In this document: positions 58,358 through 64,000 of the stretch, one piece after another | How positions within the stretch are numbered: position 1 is the first letter of the stretch | Layout: each line of letters begins with the position of its first letter | NCBI GenBank assembly: GCA_963800615.1 | Contig: CAWDBO010000021.1 | Location: 214,423 to 278,422 of the forward strand | Reading direction: 5' to 3' | Length of the DNA: 64,000 nucleotides | Origin: an uncultured Chloroflexia bacterium | GTDB lineage: Bacteria; Chloroflexota; Anaerolineae; CG2-30-64-16 | Program-made: the position numbers and the translations under genes | Notes under the pieces: model-generated | The model's database searches: none | The model's input: only the letters and a program-made list of their open reading frames with translations | Told to the model about the DNA's origin: nothing

Positions 58358-59830
58358 TTAGAATTTCCGCGCCCATTCGCCGAGCCAGCGCTCGACCACG
58401 ACTTTCGTCTGCGTGAAGAACTCGACGGCATGTTTGCCCTGAGCGTGCAGCGTGCCGAAGAAGCTGTTCTTCCAGCCGCTGAACGGGAAGAACGCCATCG
58501 GCGCCGCGACGCCGATGTTGATCCCGATGTTACCGGCCTCGGCCTCGTAGCGGAACTTCCGGGCCGCCGCGCCGCTGCTCGTGAAGACGCAGGCCATGTT
58601 ACCGTATTCGCCGCCGTTCACCAGCCTGATCGCGTCGTCCACCGTCTCGACCCGCATCACGCCGAGAACGGGACCGAACAATTCCGTCCTGGCGATGGTT
58701 CCGGCCGGGCGATGTCGCTGATGATGGTCGGCCGCAGGAAGTAACCCTGCTCGTAACCCTGGATGTTCGCGTTCCGGCCGTCAACCACCATCTCCGCGCC
58801 CTCATCGAGCCCCTTCTGGATCAGCCCCTGGATGCGCGCCTTGCTCTGCTGGGTGATCACCGGCCCCATGTCGACGCCATGCTCCAGCCCGTTGCCGACG
58901 ACCCGGCTCTGGGCTGCCTCGGCCAGGTGCGGTATGAAGATCTTGTCCGCATCGCCGACCGTGACCGCCAGGGATGCCGCGAGGCACCGCTGGCCCGCGT
59001 TGCCGAACGCGCTATCGGTCACGATCCTGGTCGTCAGGTCCACGTCCGCGTCGGGCAGGATGATGAGCGGGTTCTTCGCGCCGCCTTGGGCCTGCACCCG
59101 CTTCCCGTTTGCCGAGGCCCGGCTGTAGATGTGCCGCGCGACCGGGGTCGAGCCGACGAAGGTCACGGCCGAGATGGCCGGGTGATCGAGCAGCGCATTG
59201 ACGGTGTCCGCGCCGCCGTTGACCAGGTTCACCACGCCTTTCGGGAAGCCGGCCTGGTCGAGCAGCCCGAACATCTTCTGCAGCGTCATCGGGCAGCGCT
59301 CCGACGGCTTGACGATGGCCGTGTTGCCGCAGGCCAGCGCATAGGGCAGGTACCAGAACGGGATCATGGCCGGGAAGTTGAACGGGCAGATGATGGCGGC
59401 CACGCCGACCGGCTGGCGGATCATGTACTCGTCGATCCCGCGGGCGATGTCCTCTGAGAAGTCGCCCATCATCAGCGTCGGGATGCCCGCGGCGGTCTCC
59501 ACGTTCTCGATCGCTCGCCGCATCTCGCCGCGTGCGTCGTCGAGCATCTTGCCGTTCTCCATCACGATCGTGCGGGCCAGTTCCTCGAAATGCTCCTCCA
59601 TAAGCGTCTTCAGCTTGAAAAGGTACTGGATGCGGGCGGGAGCAGGCACCCGGCGCCACGCCGGGAACGCTGCCGCTGCCAGCCGAGCCGCCTCGTCCAC
59701 CTCGCTTGGCGGCGACAGCGGCACCTTCGCCAATCACTTCGGCGGTTGCCGGGTTAGTCACATCCAGGTAGCTTTCAGCCGCCGATTCGCGCCACTCGCC
59801 GTTTACATAATTCCGCAGTCTCTCTGCCAT
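58358..59830 (-). CDS. Second methylmalonate-semialdehyde dehydrogenase-family paralog; frame breaks ~59735 and ~58680
   Basis: [59 protein letters not shown] and [24 protein letters not shown] come from ORFs 59012.., 58657.. and 58358... Confidence 0.8.
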
Positions 59831-59872
59831 CCCTCGCCTCCCCAACCTCCCAGGTCCCTATCGGTACGCCAT

Positions 59873-59921
59873 GACCTCCGAGGTGCCGACCGTCACCGCA
59901 GGTGACGCAACCTCGGAGGTC
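59873..59921. repeat. Nested hairpin: GACCTCCGAGGT ... ACCTCGGAGGTC enclosing GTCACC-GCA-GGTGAC
   Basis: Read directly. It begins 10 nt downstream of the iolD stop and lies upstream of the second aldehyde dehydrogenase start. Confidence 0.9.
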
Positions 59922-59931
59922 TCTCTCGCCG

Positions 59932-61846
<1,915 letters not shown>

Positions 61847-61882
61847 GCTCTGTTCTCCTTTTCGCGGCTCGGTGCAGCAGGT

Positions 61883-62790
61883 CTAGACGGTCTCGGGGAC
61901 CGGGTAAATCGGCACGCGGGGGTCGAGGCCCCGGTACGAGTCTTTGATCCAGGCGTAATCGGGATCGTCCTTGGCCGCCAGGCTCTGCGCCGAGCCGGCC
62001 AGCACGTTCAGGTAGTAGGTGGTGTATCCCACGGGGCTGGACACGGGATGGTAGCCCTCGGGGATCAGCACCACGTCGTCGTTGCGCGCGATCACGGCTG
62101 CATCGATCGGGTAACCGGCCGCATGGAGCGGGGACTCCGCGTCGGTGTAGATCCGCTGCAGCGCGTACCCTTCCGGCCGGTCGATCTTATAGTAGTAGAT
62201 CTCGTCCAGGTCGGCCTGCGCGAGGCTGCCGTCGGGCCTGGCGATGTGCACGTCGTGCTTGTGCGGGGGATAGCTCGACCAGTTGCCGCCCGGCGTATAG
62301 ACTTCGACGACCACGAGCCGCTGGCAGGGGAACCCGGGCGGCATCATGCGGTTGATCTGCCGGGTCGCGTGGTCGCCGCCGCGTATCTCGACGGTCACGT
62401 CGGCCGGCGTAACGAGGCGGGCCGGGAATTCCTGGTCGGCCGCCGCCCAGGCAACGGCAAACTCGGCGTCCGTCGCGGCGGTCACGGTGAAGGCCGTGTC
62501 TGACGGGCAAATAGAGCGCATGGGGCAGGCCGGCGAAGACGTTCGCCGCGCTCGCCCAGGCCCGACCACTCCCCGCGGTTCGACCGGACGTCGACCGTGC
62601 CGCCCAGCACCACCAGCGCCAGCTCGTGGCGCCCCGTCTCGAAGCCCCAGCTCTCGCCCGCCGCGAGCCGGCGCGCCTGGAAGGAGATCGTATCCCAGCC
62701 CGCACGCTCGGGCGTCACGTCGACGATCACGTCCGGGTTGGCTGCCGGAGCAGGATGGATAACCAGGTTCTCAGAGTTGTATTGGCGCAT
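61883..62790 (-). CDS. iolB: 5-deoxy-glucuronate isomerase; 2 frame breaks (~62545, ~62490)
   Basis: TPGGNWSSYPPHKHD, EIYYYKIDRPEGYALQRIY and VVLIPEGYHPV in ORF 61883..62569. The N-terminus MRQYNSENLVIHPA is in ORF 62482..62829. Confidence 0.8.
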
Positions 62791-62857
62791 GCCGCATTCC
62801 CTCACTGGACGTTGTGTGAAAGTGCACACGAGTGCATGAATCTGGACTGAATCTGGC

Positions 62858-63944
62858 TCAGCAGGACACGTCGGCAGGAAGCTCGATGTTGGGCCGCACC
62901 TGGATCGTCACGGGCGGGACGGGGCCGGTGCTGCAGCGCACCACGAGCTCGACCGGCACCACCACGTCTTCCACGGGTTCGTCCTGCATCAGTTTGAGGA
63001 GCATCTCCGCCGCAAGCTGGCCCAGGCGCAGCTTGGGCTGGTGGATCGTCGTCAGGGGCGGCGTGACGTACTGCGCCAGGTCGACGCCGTCAAAACCCAC
63101 GATGCTGACCTGGTCGGGCACGGCGATGCCGAGCCTGCGGCACGCTGAGCAGCGCGCCCACCGCGTGCATGTCGTTGTAGCAGAAGGCCGCGGTGATGCC
63201 GTGTCGCAGCGCCTCCAGCATGAGCTGCTCGCCGTCTTCCACGTCGTCCGAGTACGTGCGGCGTTCGGGCGAGGCCTGCTGGATCCAGCCGTCCTTGACC
63301 TCGATGCCGCGCTTCCGCCAGCGCGTCGCAGTAGCCGGCCATGCGCTGGCGGTTCGAGGGCGGCCGGTTCGTGGCGCCCAGGTACGCGATGGCGGTGTGC
63401 CCGAGCGCCAGCAGGTGGCGGACGGCTTGCTGTCCACCCGCATGGCTGTCGACCTGCACGGTGCGAAACCCGGGATGCTCGCCTTCCGCCTGGCGGTTGA
63501 TGAGCACGGTCGGCGTTCCGCTCCGCGCCAGCTTCTCCAACTGCTCCTCGCGTCAGCCGGGACGAAGCCGTGATGATCCCTTCGACCCGGCGGCGCCGGA
63601 ACGACTCGATCACCGCCATTTCTTCGTCGGCGCGGTTGTACGACACGCCGAGAAACACGTCCACGTCCGACCTGCCGCGCCACTTCGTCGACCCCGCGCA
63701 CCAAGCGGCCGTAGAACGGGTCGGCGATCGACGTGACGACCAGCCCGATGGTGTTGGTGCGCTGGCCCTTCAGGCTCTGCGCGACCGCGTTCGGCGTATA
63801 GCCCATCTGCCCGGCCAGCCGCTGGATGTTCTCCCGAACCTCGGCGCTGATCAGCGAGCTGCCCCGCAGCGCCCGTGAGACGGTGGCGTGCGAAACGCCC
63901 GCCGCCTGCGCGATGTCCTGGATCGAGACCGAGCGTCCGCTCAT
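62858..63944 (-). CDS. LacI family transcriptional regulator; 4 or more frame breaks
   Basis: HTH VSIQDIAQAAGVSHATVSRALRG...RENIQRLAGQMGYTPNAVAQSLKG. Sugar-binding core TIGLVVTSIADPFY, GTPTVLINR, GHTAIAYLG and SIVGFDGVDLAQYVTPPLTTIHQP, spread over three frames. Confidence 0.8.
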
Positions 63945-64000
63945 CTGGCGATGCGCCTCTCGCATGGCCGGATTCCCCAAAGGGAACCCGGCCCGCTTAT

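Overview
This is a visibly high-GC bacterial chromosomal segment, almost entirely coding, with most genes on the minus strand. All family calls rest on motifs read by eye from the translations; no searches or alignments were run. I recognised no rRNA, tRNA, CRISPR array, transposase or integrase.

Gene content, left to right:
- 1-2.8 kb: the tail of a sensor histidine kinase, a small ATGA-coupled gene pair ending in a nucleotidyltransferase-fold protein, and a GNAT acetyltransferase.
- 2.85-15.6 kb: a same-strand array with three MttB-superfamily (trimethylamine-methyltransferase-like) paralogs, an enolase-superfamily enzyme, an MmgE/PrpD-family protein and a complete Opp/Dpp-type ABC importer.
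- 15.7-34.5 kb: three paralogous three-subunit molybdenum hydroxylases (xanthine dehydrogenase/aldehyde oxidase type), each with a different subunit order. They flank a HisC-type aminotransferase, an ADP-forming acyl-CoA synthetase, indolepyruvate:ferredoxin oxidoreductase alpha/beta and a hydantoinase/dihydropyrimidinase.
- 34.6-37.9 kb: pyrB, then an IclR regulator divergent from a fourth MttB paralog.
- 37.9-47.2 kb: a mixed, partly lower-GC stretch with an FRG-domain protein, a repeat-rich membrane protein, a lipoprotein hydrolase, a ROK-like kinase, an M6 (InhA-like) metallopeptidase and PPK2.
- 47.2-64 kb: a myo-inositol catabolic cluster (iolI-like, two Gfo/Idh/MocA dehydrogenases, a ribose-type ABC transporter, iolE-like, two mmsA/iolA paralogs, iolD, iolB and a LacI regulator).

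Most striking observations:
- One lipoprotein ORF carries three near-identical RbsB-type binding domains (3 x 867 bp). All 7 variable columns fall at third codon positions and are synonymous.
- There are four MttB paralogs, and no corrinoid-protein partner is visible in the window.
- Several families of short palindromic or hairpin elements are scattered through the window, including one 33-nt in-frame copy inside a coding region.
- About 85-90 reading-frame breaks are spread unevenly over otherwise well-conserved genes. I cannot tell sequence error from decay using the sequence alone.
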